Origin: Candidatus Latescibacterota bacterium
GTDB lineage: Bacteria; Latescibacterota; CBDEFO01
Length of the DNA stretch: 64,000 nt
Reading direction: 5' to 3'
NCBI GenBank assembly: GCA_965237525.1
Contig: CBDEFO010000008.1
Location: forward strand, 1,536,001-1,600,000
In this document: positions 21,715 through 31,866 of the stretch, piece after piece
How the letters are laid out: the number at the start of each line of letters is the position of its first letter
How positions within the stretch are numbered: the first letter of the stretch is position 1
Notes under the pieces: model-generated
What the model was told of the DNA's origin: nothing
Seen by the model: only the letters and a program-made list of their open reading frames with translations
Database searches by the model: none
Made by a program: the position numbers and the translations under genes

Positions 21715-24429
21715 CTAGCGCAACAACAGGAGCTTGCGCGTCTCCATTTGGCTTCCTGCCTGAAGACGATACAGATAAATCCCGGTGGCCAATGCGTTTC
21801 CCGATATTTCCCGGCCATCCCAGAACACTGTGTATCTTCCTGCTTCACGTATACCTTCCAACAACGTCGCCATCTTCTGTCCTGTCACGTTGTAGACGAC
21901 CAATTTCACCACGTCGCTGGACGGCAGGGAAAAACGGATGACCGTGCCGCTGTTAAACGGATTGGGAAAGTTCTGCTCCAGTGTAAATCCTTGTGGGCGT
22001 CCGGCGATGTGCTCTTCCAGCACGGCGGTGATCGCTCTAGCGGTGACCAGGCGTATATCATCGAGGAAGAAGGTACCTTCCAGATTCCCAAAAAGACCGA
22101 TACCCTCGATCGGCTCGGTCAGTTCAAACGCTTCCAGCGGAATCTCCACCTCCTGCCAGTCCTTCAGATCCAGATCCACCAGATCTCCGCCCAATAACTC
22201 CACTATGTTGGGGGTATTTGCACTACGAAAGTCCACATTAAAAAACGCTTCTCCTTCAGAAGGTCGGATCGCATCGCCCGGATGAAAGGCAAAACCTAGA
22301 GATTTATAAGACAGAGGATCTACAGGATCAGCCAGCAGATATATAAAAGCAAAACCTTCTCCCGGCGGCCCCCCGACCGGCGGAAGCTCGCTCTCCACTG
22401 CCAGGGCAAACTGTCCCTGGTGGACTACAGTATCCTCCTGGAAGTCCAGCTTCCCTTGGAAAATTTCCACCTGCCCATTGTCCGCCAGTCCATCCGCGAA
22501 GATTACCAGATCCTCGGTCGGCAACCCGACCGGTAATACGCGGATGCCCTTTGACAAATTCGTCCAATAGGGTCCCAGCAAAGTGGCCTGTTCAATCAGG
22601 ATCGATACAATCTTTAAGCCAGTGAGATCTCCCACCGCAAGGATCACCGGTTCCAGCCGGTAAGTGCCATCCCCCCTGTCCATAAGAGGCACCGCCTCAG
22701 GTCCACCGAGACCGCTCAGGCCCGCTGTGACCTAGGTGATCTCGGCCCCCGCTTCAAAGAGGGCCGGTCGGACCGTGGCGGTTAAATCGATTGTCTCGCC
22801 TACAAGCACGGAATCGGGAAAGTTGTTTTCCCAGACCGTGGGTTGGACAACGTAATAGTCCTCCTGCCCCTCGAAGACGCGGATCTTCTGATCTGCCGGA
22901 ACATCGCTCAAAACATCTACCACCCCAGAAGGCCAGCGGATCTCCAGTTGATCTACCTAGGTGTGCGGTCCCAGGCCGAAATGCGCTACCATCTCCTCCT
23001 GGGTGAAGCCGTTTGCCCCGAAGATATCCCGCGTCTGTTGCAGGTCTCCTGATGTGGCTTTAAGCCGCGCGCCGATGCCGTTGCGGTTGCTCTCAATGCC
23101 CACCAACTCCACTCGCAGATAGTGGTTGTCGTTGGCGTTGTTGCGGTACAACGCCGGGTCGAAGGTAATGGATTCTCCAGCGCGACCACCCGCTACCCAC
23201 ACATCCAGAAAGCCATCTTGGTCGAAGTCAGCGAACGAGAAGAAGCCCGCTGTGTCTATTCCCAACCGGCTTGTCTGCTCTACAAAGGTGCCGTCCCCGT
23301 TGTTTTCAAAGAGACGAACGAAGGGAGACCCGATCAGCAGATCCAGATCCCCGTCGTTATCGATGTCCACCAGGTTCGTTATCGCATTTTCCGACAGATA
23401 AGTAGGTGGCACTTCATACAATATGGATAATCCTGCTTCATTAGCGACGTTTGCGAATCGACCCTCTCCCAGGTTTGAGAACAAAAAAGAGGGAGACGGT
23501 GTAGTCCCGCCACCCACGCCGCCGCCGCCGGCCTGGAAAATATCCAGATCCCCGTCGTTGTCGATGTCCCCTACGCTTACCCCGAAGACTTTGCCAGAAT
23601 CCTCCATCGCCACCGCGGTAGCGTCCCGGAACCCCCCTTGACCGTCGCTCAGAAACAGGCGGTTGGGCGCATTCCAGACGCCTAAGTAGAGATCTGGCCA
23701 TCCGTCGTTGTCGAAATCGCCGGCCCCTATCCCGTGGACGCTCCCTCCGCCGGTTGGGTGTAACTGCAGGTTCAGGCCGGCTTCCTCAGTCACGTCCGTG
23801 AAGGTGCCGTCCCCGTTGTTGCGGTGGAGCTTGTTGCGCAGCTCCGGATCGTCCTCCGAACCACCAATGGAGCTTGGTAGAAACCAGTGTCCCACGTAAA
23901 GATACAGGTGCCCATCCCGGTCGTAGTCCAGCCAGACGGCGTTGTCCGTGGGCAGGATATCCACCAGGCCCGCCTCGTGGGTCACACCCTGAAATACCCC
24001 TCTGTCGTTGCGCAGCAGCACATCTGGGATGCGCAAGAGTACATGCCCGACCGGCAGGTAAAGATCCAGATCGCCATCGTTGTCGTAGTCCCCGAAAATC
24101 GCTCCTCCGCCTTTCGGTCCTGAGGGTATATCTGCTCGTATTGCAGCAGTTCGATCCGTGAACCGGCCATTGCCCTCGTTGTACAGCAGCCGCAACCCGG
24201 ACCCCCCAAACGCCGCGATAAACAGGTCCGGTCGGCCATCGTTATTGTAATCTCCAAAGGCGATACTCCCGGCGTCGGGCCGCGCACCCGGCAGAGGCCT
24301 TCCGATTATCCCTTCGGTCACATCCGTAAAGAAAATCTGCGCAGCAATCGGGTCAGCCAGAAGCAGGCTAAAGCAGAAGAGAGTGCTCCACAATATAAAT
24401 AACCCCAAGCGAGCTGGTGTGCCAATCAT
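21715..24429 (-). pseudogene. secreted FG-GAP/ASPIC-UnbV (CRTAC1-like) protein with FlgD/T9SS-type tail, interrupted by two in-frame TAG codons
   Basis: Signal peptide, GDYDNDGDLD repeats, SNRNGIGAR...HFGLG, IRWPSG, LEQNFPNPFN...GIYLYRL. One frame throughout (905 codons) with TAG at 22957-59 and 22732-34. Confidence 0.85.
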
Positions 24430-24735
24430 CCCTTACCTCCCGGTCAATATTAAGAGGACTCCCATATGTGGAAGACCAAAAGTTGTAATATGAGACTTAA
24501 TTTGGTATTCTACTTGAGCATAGCGGCTAACTTGCTTATGTGCAAAGTTTCGGATATACAGTTCTCTGGAGAAAAAACAATATGGCGTTGTTTTTCTTCC
24601 CATTGATCTTCGAATATGCAATCCGTCAACATATCCTAACGAATTCTGATCTCAGATTCGTATCTCAGAATAATAGCTGAATTGGCAGCTTCTGCTACCA
24701 ATTCTCCTTTAGAAACATTAACACGGAGAGAAGAG

Positions 24736-24765
24736 GGGCGCAGCAGATGGATCGCCGCTGCGCCC
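24736..24765 (-). terminator. GC-rich hairpin downstream of cytochrome gene
   Basis: GGGCGCAGC/GCTGCGCCC 9-bp stem followed on the minus strand by a pyrimidine tract. Confidence 0.45.
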
Positions 24766-24790
24766 GCACAAGATGGATCAGTGGTCGCCC

Positions 24791-25246
24791 TTACTTCTCC
24801 ATTATCTTCTTCATCATCTCCGGCATCTTGCCAGCCTCTACTGTCTTACCCTCGCTCAGCGATGTGAGGTACGCGGTCAGGTAGAACGCCTCTTTGCTGC
24901 TTAAGTCCAGAGGCTTGGAACCCAGAAACATCATAGTGCAGTTGTTTGATATCTGGCCTATGGTCATTACCTCGTCGTTGGGTATCTTGAACTTGGGAAA
25001 CGTCGCTGCAGATCCGACGAGGCTGGGGACGGGGAGTTTGTAAGGCTTGCCTGTGACTTCGCTCGGCATCGGGGTCTCGACCTCTCCGCCAGTGGTTGTT
25101 CCGCCCGGGTGACAGGAATCGCAGGCCATGTTCTTCTTCTTCATCATGTCCGCCTTGTCCAGCGGCTGCGGCTTGTGCTCTGCGGCGGCCACGCCTGATA
25201 AGTTTACCAAAGAGAAGAGGCCCGCCAGACAGACTAACGCTATCAC
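24791..25246 (-). CDS. periplasmic monoheme c-type cytochrome, SoxA/TsdA-like domain
   Basis: Signal peptide, CDSCH, AATFPK....VMT....NNC...LG..PL...S.E...L.AYL pattern. Confidence 0.75.
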   Translation of the reverse strand: MIALVCLAGLFSLVNLSGVAAAEHKPQPLDKADMMKKKNMACDSCHPGGTTTGGEVETPMPSEVTGKPYKLPVPSLVGSAATFPKFKIPNDEVMTIGQISNNCTMMFLGSKPLDLSSKEAFYLTAYLTSLSEGKTVEAGKMPEMMKKIMEK

Positions 25247-25392
25247 CCTCGTTTTTCCCGTTTTAACCTCCTTTGTGTGGATGTTTGTTAAACGGTGATC
25301 TGGGAACGAATCACCACTTTATATAGCTAATGTTGTAAATAGAAGCAAGTCTATTCTTGTAGGCCCTGGAAACTTTGCCACGGACGAGTTAG

Positions 25393-25408
25393 TGCAAAGA
25401 TAGTACCA
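25393..25408 (-). promoter_or_regulatory. sigma54 promoter candidate for the cytochrome gene
   Basis: Minus strand TGGTAC-TATCT-TTGCA. Confidence 0.45.
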
Positions 25409-25750
25409 AGCATTATCACAGGGCAAGAGGTATTAAGTTATAATCTTTGTAAGTAGCTGTTCAAACGGAGGTTTGGCATATTTGTCTTATCTTAGATCAT
25501 ATCAGTGAATCTGTTCAATTGTGACAGATATGTTGGAAAATGTAAACTATCTTTTGTTTCAGTTTGGAATACAGTTCGGATAATCCGAACTTAAAAGCTG
25601 TTGGTTCTTGTCCCTCTTTTAAGATTTCGACTGAGCGGAAGGATGTCAGATGAACCAAAAATTCCTTGACTTGTCTTTACAGCCATACTAAATTCTCTTT
25701 GGCTTTCTAATGGTGGATGAACGAAGATAATTAGAACCGGGATCAGGTAT

Positions 25751-27004
25751 TTGACGTTAAATACGGTCTTGTCAAAGCGCGATGTGGAGAGGATATACTC
25801 AGCGGCGCTTGAGGTGTTGGAGAAGACGGGAGTGGATGTGTGCGAGGGGGAATCGGCGGAACTTCTAAAATCAGCAGGTGCGTCAGCCTGTGGCCAAATG
25901 CGAGTAAGGATTCCAGGGCATGTGGTTGAAAGGGCCATAGAATCTGCTCCCAGGAAGATCAAATTATACGATAAAGACGGTAATTGTTCTCTTATCTTAG
26001 GCAAAAAAGACGTATATTTTGGTGTGGGGACGGACTGTGCTAATATCATGGATATATATACAAAAGAGAAAAGACCCGTTAGACAAGAAGATATATTAAA
26101 AGGAGCAATTGTAGCAGATAGGCTCGAAAATATAGATTTTTTTGTGAGCGTGGGGGGACTTTCAGATGTAAGTAAGATAGCTGATAATACTCGAAAGCCC
26201 CTCCTTTTTACTGTGGATGATGCCGACGTTCTATCAGATGTAACAGGTGGCAGGAGAGTGATTCTGTTTGCCGAGCCGGCCTCTCCCTTTGTTCATACGC
26301 AAAAAGGACTTGAGAAGGTCCTGTGGGCTGCAGGTAACGATGTTCCGATGGTCTACGCCTCCAGCCCGATATGCGGGTCGAACGCCCCCGTGACCTTGGC
26401 AGGGACGTTGACTGTGGCTTTAGTGGAGTGTTTAAGCGGTCTTGTGATATCTCAGTTGAAGCGTGAGGGCTCTCCATTCATAATCGGAATACTTCCGTCA
26501 GTTATGGACATGTCATCATGTCTTTTGTGCTACTGGGGGCCTGAGCCACTTCTGCTTTCTGCGGGCTTTGTGCAGATGGCCAAGAGACTCGATTTGCCCG
26601 TACTTGTGTCTGCCGGGGGAAGCGATTCGTCTGCTTTGGACGAACGCACCATACTGGAATTCTGGTCATCCTGTCTCTGGGCGGGACTGAGCGGAGCCGA
26701 TATGGTCTGCTGCACGCCAGTCTTGGAATCTGGGCTAACTGGGTCGCTTGAGTTGATCGCATTGGCAGACGAAATAGCCTCTTTTACAAGGAGAATGAGA
26801 AAAGGTATAGATGTGGAAAAGATATCTTTAGATGTTATGGATGCTGTGGCTCCGGGCGGAGACTTTTTGGCATCAGATCATACTGCTGAGAATTTCAAAG
26901 ATGAGTTGTGGCTTTCGGATTTTATGATGGATAGAGGTACGTCGCTTCTGGAGAAATCCAGAGAGAGAGCAAAGGCGCTCTTAGGGGACAGGGAAAAGCA
27001 ATAA
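25751..27004 (+). CDS. MttB-superfamily (trimethylamine methyltransferase-like) protein, non-pyrrolysine
   Basis: ALEVLEKTGV, APVTLAGTL....ECLSGLVISQL...GSPFI, GPE, VAPGGDFL..DHT; no in-frame amber. Confidence 0.85.
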   Translation: MTLNTVLSKRDVERIYSAALEVLEKTGVDVCEGESAELLKSAGASACGQMRVRIPGHVVERAIESAPRKIKLYDKDGNCSLILGKKDVYFGVGTDCANIMDIYTKEKRPVRQEDILKGAIVADRLENIDFFVSVGGLSDVSKIADNTRKPLLFTVDDADVLSDVTGGRRVILFAEPASPFVHTQKGLEKVLWAAGNDVPMVYASSPICGSNAPVTLAGTLTVALVECLSGLVISQLKREGSPFIIGILPSVMDMSSCLLCYWGPEPLLLSAGFVQMAKRLDLPVLVSAGGSDSSALDERTILEFWSSCLWAGLSGADMVCCTPVLESGLTGSLELIALADEIASFTRRMRKGIDVEKISLDVMDAVAPGGDFLASDHTAENFKDELWLSDFMMDRGTSLLEKSRERAKALLGDREKQ

Positions 27005-27024
27005 TCCAAAACTTTTGGTATATC

Positions 27025-28095
27025 GTGATATTAGGGAGATTTAACGTTCCTACGTTTACGTCTGATCAATTGAGAAGGATAAGCAGGGACATATTCCAGG
27101 AAGTCGGTTCGCCTAAGGATGAGGCCGAGACGCTGACGGATTTCCTGGTATTAGCCAATCTTATGGGTCATGATTCGCACGGGGTTATAAGGATTCCTCA
27201 ATACGTGACGGAAGTTCAGGAGGGCAATGCCTTTCCCGGGGCGAAGATCGAGGTCGTCAGGGAGTTGGGCTCGACGGCTATTCTCAGCGGGAATTGGGGT
27301 TTCGGACACGTCATCGCCAAGGCAGCTATGGAGAAGGCTATGGAGATGGCGGAGAAGTCCGGCATCGCATCTGTGGGAATTATCAACTCCAACCACATAG
27401 GCAGGATCGGAGCCTATCCTGAGATCGCAGCGAAAAGCGACATGATAGGTTTCGTCTCTGCCAACTCTCACGGTGGGGGCCAGACCACAGCCCCTTGGGG
27501 GGGGAAAGAGAGGAGACTGTCAACCAACCCCATCTCCTTTGCCATCCCTACGGGGTCGGGTAATCCGATCGTTTTGGATATGACCACCAGTGTTGTAGCT
27601 GAGGGTAAGCTCAGGGTTTACAGGAACAGAGGTCATGAGCTCCCGGACGGCTGGATAATCGACTCTGAGGGAAATGCGACCATAGACCCCAATAGTTTCT
27701 ACGACGGGGGTGCTCTCCTTTCGTTTGGAGGTGTGGTAGGCTATAAGGGATTCGGGTTAGGATTAATAGTGGATATCCTTTCCGGGGCGCTGACCGGCGC
27801 GGGATGCACAGGTGTGGGAGAGACAGGTACACCGGGGAACGCAGCCTTGTTGATCGCCATCAGGATCGAAAACTTCGTGCCGATAGATGAGTTCAAAGAG
27901 CAGGTAGACGCTCTCAGGGATTATGTCAAATCGGCTGAGAGAGAGGCGGGTGTGGATGAGATATTAGTTCCGGGCGAGCCAGAGTTCAGGACTCAGGAGA
28001 AGAGGTTGAAGGAGGGTATCTTTATAGAGGACAGGACGTGGAAAATGATAACTCAGACGGCTTCAGGTTTGGGGTTAGACACTGAATCTGTGTAG
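27025..28095 (+). CDS. Ldh_2-family oxidoreductase (malate/L-lactate dehydrogenase type 2)
   Basis: ANLMGHDSHG..R, NHIGRIG.Y, STNPISFAIP, LDMTTS, GYKGFGL, PGEPE. Confidence 0.92.
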   Translation: MILGRFNVPTFTSDQLRRISRDIFQEVGSPKDEAETLTDFLVLANLMGHDSHGVIRIPQYVTEVQEGNAFPGAKIEVVRELGSTAILSGNWGFGHVIAKAAMEKAMEMAEKSGIASVGIINSNHIGRIGAYPEIAAKSDMIGFVSANSHGGGQTTAPWGGKERRLSTNPISFAIPTGSGNPIVLDMTTSVVAEGKLRVYRNRGHELPDGWIIDSEGNATIDPNSFYDGGALLSFGGVVGYKGFGLGLIVDILSGALTGAGCTGVGETGTPGNAALLIAIRIENFVPIDEFKEQVDALRDYVKSAEREAGVDEILVPGEPEFRTQEKRLKEGIFIEDRTWKMITQTASGLGLDTESV

Positions 28096-28135
28096 ATCAA
28101 GGTTAAGAGCTGAGCTATAGATCTGAAGGAGAATA

Positions 28136-29098
28136 ATGTTTTCAATACGAATACGCAAAGGATGGGAGATTCCCGAGCGGGAGGCCACTCCGGAGGCTGT
28201 ATATCAAGACCGTCGGAGCTTCCTGAAGGCTATGGGATTCACTGGTCTGGGGGCGTTCGGGCTCCTTGCAGGATGTCTTGAGACAAAGGGAAAGAAGGAA
28301 GTGACACAGAAGGAGAAACTGCGCCCTATTGAAGCGACTCGGAATACAGCTTTTACATTGGATCGCCCTATTACCGAGGAATCGGTGGCGGCGCGATACA
28401 ACAACTTCTACGAGTTCACTGACAGAAAGGAGAGAGTCTGGAAGATGGTGGGCAGGTTCCAGACGCGCCCTTGGGAGATAGAAGTGGCGGGGCTTGTTGA
28501 TAAGCCCAAGATCTACGATGTGGACGATCTGATGCGCCTGATGCCGATGGAGGAGCGACTCTATCGCTTCCGATGTGTGGAGGCGTGGGCTATGGCTGTC
28601 CCGTGGATAGGCTTTCCCTTCAAGGCTCTCATAGATATGGTGCAGCCGTTCTCTTCGGCCAGGTACGTACGCATGCTCACGTTCCTTAAGCCAGATCAGG
28701 CGCCAGGGCAAGAAAATCAGCGCTGGTATCCGTGGCCCTACTTTGAGAGCTTGACCATGGCCGAAGCGACCAACGAACTGACGATTCTGGTAACAGGGAT
28801 ATACGGTCACGAACTTCCCAAGCAACACGGTGCACCTATTCGCCTGATCGTGCCCTGGAAGTACGGGTTTAAGAGTATCAAGTCCATCGCGCTGATCGAA
28901 TTTACAGATAGGCGTCCACCGACCTTCTGGAATACTTTAGCGCCAAGGGAGTACGATTTTGTTGCCAACGTCAATCCCAAAGTGCCGCATCCTCGCTGGT
29001 CGCAGGCTTCCGAACGGATGATAGACACCGGCGAAAGACTCCCGACTCTGCTTTACAACGGCTATGCTGAGTACGTATCCCACCTGTATGAGGCATAG
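28136..29098 (+). CDS. msrP: protein-methionine-sulfoxide reductase catalytic subunit (molybdoenzyme)
   Basis: ATPE..Y..RRSFLK Tat signal, YNNFYEF, RFRCVEAW, GAPIRLIVPWKYGFKSIKSI, HPRWSQASER. Confidence 0.95.
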   Translation: MFSIRIRKGWEIPEREATPEAVYQDRRSFLKAMGFTGLGAFGLLAGCLETKGKKEVTQKEKLRPIEATRNTAFTLDRPITEESVAARYNNFYEFTDRKERVWKMVGRFQTRPWEIEVAGLVDKPKIYDVDDLMRLMPMEERLYRFRCVEAWAMAVPWIGFPFKALIDMVQPFSSARYVRMLTFLKPDQAPGQENQRWYPWPYFESLTMAEATNELTILVTGIYGHELPKQHGAPIRLIVPWKYGFKSIKSIALIEFTDRRPPTFWNTLAPREYDFVANVNPKVPHPRWSQASERMIDTGERLPTLLYNGYAEYVSHLYEA

Positions 29099-29157
29099 AA
29101 TAGCGTGCCTGAGCTTTTTCGACTTTTCTTGCTATGAACTGTTTTTCAAAATTATCC

Positions 29158-29221
29158 TTGACAAGGAAAGCTGCTCTTCGTATATTTGATGATAATTATT
29201 CAAATTAGGTAATAATTATTA
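29158..29221 (+). promoter_or_regulatory. sigma70 promoter with the same 11-10-11 operator as glnK-amtB
   Basis: TTGACA-N17-TATATT-N3-TGATAATTATT-N10-AATAATTATTA. Confidence 0.75.
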
Positions 29222-29263
29222 TAGTCTGCCTCTGGTTTATCTTCAATCGAGGTTCCACTAAGG

Positions 29264-29990
29264 TTGAAGCATAAACTTAGAGAGAAGCCTGATTCGGGAA
29301 AGCCATCTGTCAGGACCTGCTGCATATAGCTTCATCGGCTGGGCTGAGTAAGTTGCTCATATGGGGTTCGATTGGCTCGTAGTGGACACTGAGCACGGTC
29401 CGGCAGGACTTGAAACGGTAGCTAACTTTTTTCAGGTTATATCGACCACCGATACTGTTGCCATGGTGCGCGTTGCGTGGAACGATCCGGCCCTGATAAA
29501 AAGGCCGCTGGATGCGGGAGCTATGGGAATCGTCCTCCTATGGTGAACAAGCCCTGCAGAGGCGGAAAGGGCGATGAAGTTTCCACCAGAGAGATCTGGA
29601 TCCGTAGAGACTGGACGGGCTGCTCTTTTGGAGAACTATTTTGAGGATGCAAATAACGAAATTCTGGCTGTGATCATGTTCGAGCATATTGAGGCTGTAA
29701 AGAGAGTTCGTGAGATACTGTCAGTTGAGGGGGTGGATGTGGGCTTTATAGGGCCTTCCGATCTTGTTTGGTCTATGGGTGTTCGCCCATGGTCAGATGA
29801 TCACGAGGCTGCAATTTTGGAGATAGCCGAAGGAGCAAAGGACGTGAGCACAGTTTCGGGGATTATGACCAGATCTCCAGAAGAGACGATGAAGAGGATC
29901 GAGTAGGGTTTTGGTTCTATAGATTATCTGTTGGGTGTGGATTTTTTAGCGTCAGTGGTAAAGGAGTCGCTCTCAACGTTAGAGTTGTAA
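29264..29990 (+). pseudogene. HpcH/HpaI aldolase, degraded
   Basis: GFDWLVVDTEHGP, MVRV, LDAGAMGI, IMFEH, VDVGFIGPSDL; several frameshifts and stops. Confidence 0.85.
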
Positions 29991-30227
29991 TAGCTCCGCC
30001 TGTCGTCACTACTAACGATTATTAATCAAATGAAATGAGAACACTTCTCTTTCGATCTTTGATTAATTTTGAGTGATAGCTCTTTGAGAACCTCTGGTTT
30101 TTGGTCCTTTTCAAAGTGCATGTATAATTGTTCTTCTTTTAAGTTCCATTCAGCCAGGACAAAGTAATTGATGTAAGAGGAGGGAAGAAGCACTTTTTCA
30201 TTTAGCCTGGTTAATTCATAAACTTGG

Positions 30228-31322
30228 TTGAATAAAGTACTTGTTGAAAAATGTGAAAGTGGCAATATTTATTCCCAAACAAGATTGTTTCGAAATATAT
30301 TCCCTCATGAATTTGATATGGGAATGTCGGTTAAAATGTGTGATGATATTTTTAAAGGCGATACCACGCTCCTAGGGAAGGAGCGCCCTAAAGGTGAAGG
30401 AAGCGTTCTTACTCCCCAGACAGAGGGTTTTTGGGGCAAGTTGGAAGATGAAGCTCCTGCCTACCCTGAATTTACGCAGCAGGATTTACCGTCAATTATC
30501 TACACGTTCGCGCCGTGGCTGGGATGCCTCTGGGGCGAAAGTTGTAAGTTTTGTTATGTACCCAACGCGTCACTGCGGTTCTACCCTGGAGGCAGGGATG
30601 GGTATTGGTACCAGGAATGGGGTCACTGGCTAATTTTTAAAGAGGATATCACAGCACGGCTTCGAGCCGAACTCATCGGCTCCTCGGGTCAGACGAAGCC
30701 GCGCTATCTGGGGGCTTGCATTTTTATGTCACCAAAAACTGATCCCTTCCTCGCTTTGCCTCGGCCTGATACACTTGAGATTGTGTGCGAGATTCTGGAT
30801 ATCATCGGGGACGCCAATGTTTTTCTCATGAATCAAACCAGGTCCTTAGAAGTGGTCAACGATGAGCGAGTGTTTCAGCGTCTGTCTTATCTTGGTGCAT
30901 TAAAAAAAGTCGGGGTTAGCTTCAGTATTTCGACAGACCTCCCGGAACAGCAAAAGAAGATAGAATGTTCGGGCGCAACGCCTGTAGAAAGACTCGAGGC
31001 CATAGCGAAGTTAAAAAACGCTGGAATCTTTGTTTCTGCGGCCGTGAGCCCTCTCATGCCCTTCAGCCCAGATTTTGTCCAACGACTCGTTGTGGTGTCA
31101 CATCACGCCTCAATTCAGTTGGCGAAGCCTTCCCGACCGGGGGCAACAACTCCCAAAGACTGCTTGGAGAAGATTCAGACTATTGAGGGCTATGATAAAT
31201 TAGACAAGTCACTCAGCGCACAATTGATGGAGAAGGGGAAAGCCATTGGTTATTCATGGGGTATTAATAACAAAGGGTTTGCGGGAGCGTTTCTGGCGGC
31301 AAAGAGGTTCTACGAAAGTTAA
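30228..31322 (+). CDS. radical SAM protein, spore-photoproduct-lyase-like (start uncertain)
   Basis: APWLGCLWGESCKFCYV, MSPKTDPF, QTRS, SISTD, RLEAIAKLKNAGI...VSPLMP. Confidence 0.75.
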   Translation: MNKVLVEKCESGNIYSQTRLFRNIFPHEFDMGMSVKMCDDIFKGDTTLLGKERPKGEGSVLTPQTEGFWGKLEDEAPAYPEFTQQDLPSIIYTFAPWLGCLWGESCKFCYVPNASLRFYPGGRDGYWYQEWGHWLIFKEDITARLRAELIGSSGQTKPRYLGACIFMSPKTDPFLALPRPDTLEIVCEILDIIGDANVFLMNQTRSLEVVNDERVFQRLSYLGALKKVGVSFSISTDLPEQQKKIECSGATPVERLEAIAKLKNAGIFVSAAVSPLMPFSPDFVQRLVVVSHHASIQLAKPSRPGATTPKDCLEKIQTIEGYDKLDKSLSAQLMEKGKAIGYSWGINNKGFAGAFLAAKRFYES

Positions 31323-31581
31323 CCGAACTTGGATTTGGGTATATGATCAAGCGGATTTTGCAAGATTTTTGGAATAAGTTGCGATTGTTACGTTATCAAG
31401 AAGATCGGGAGAACGGTAGTAGAGGAAGCATAATAGAGATTAGGACATCGATAACGGCTTTATCTACTTGTTGTGTATCTTGTCTAACTTTGCTGATAAA
31501 ATAGATCTTAGCTGTGATTCGGAAAGGCAAAACACTTTGGTCTCAGTTTTGTCAGGAACGCTGTGCCCTCACGTGTGTATT

Positions 31582-31652
31582 TGTAGGGGCAGGGCAACCC
31601 TGCTCTTGGGGCGAGTGGTCTCCGATTGAATCTAACGGGGATGGCCCCTACA
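31582..31652. repeat. REP-like element (TGTAGGGGC...GCCCCTACA) containing a 23-bp hairpin repeat
   Basis: 9-bp terminal IR; internal GCAGGG-CAA-CCCTGC hairpin and TCTCCGATTGAATCTAACGGGGA. Confidence 0.55.
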
Positions 31653-31866
31653 TTTAATTTCAGGTTGTAAGGGCAAGAAGGTCGTCCCAAGAAGGTACTC
31701 CAACGTGTGACAAATTCTTGAGAAGAGCAACCTTTCCGAATCAGAACTGAACAACTGTCTCGCGCTCTCATTGCATTTGATATTCAACCACTAACTTCTA
31801 ATTCCTTTGTTCTGTAGGCAATATGTCAATCCATTCACTATTAATCATTTCAGAGGGAGGTGTAGT

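Noticed and set aside
25751..27004. Pyrrolysine-containing trimethylamine methyltransferase
   Set aside because: No in-frame TAG and no pyl genes in the window
15289..29906. Genome-wide TAG reassignment, suggested by in-frame ambers at 15289, 22732, 22957 and 29904
   Set aside because: Conserved genes (Ldh_2, msrP, Lon, PHP, murD) end at TAG at their expected C-termini, and two of the amber-containing genes also have frameshifts
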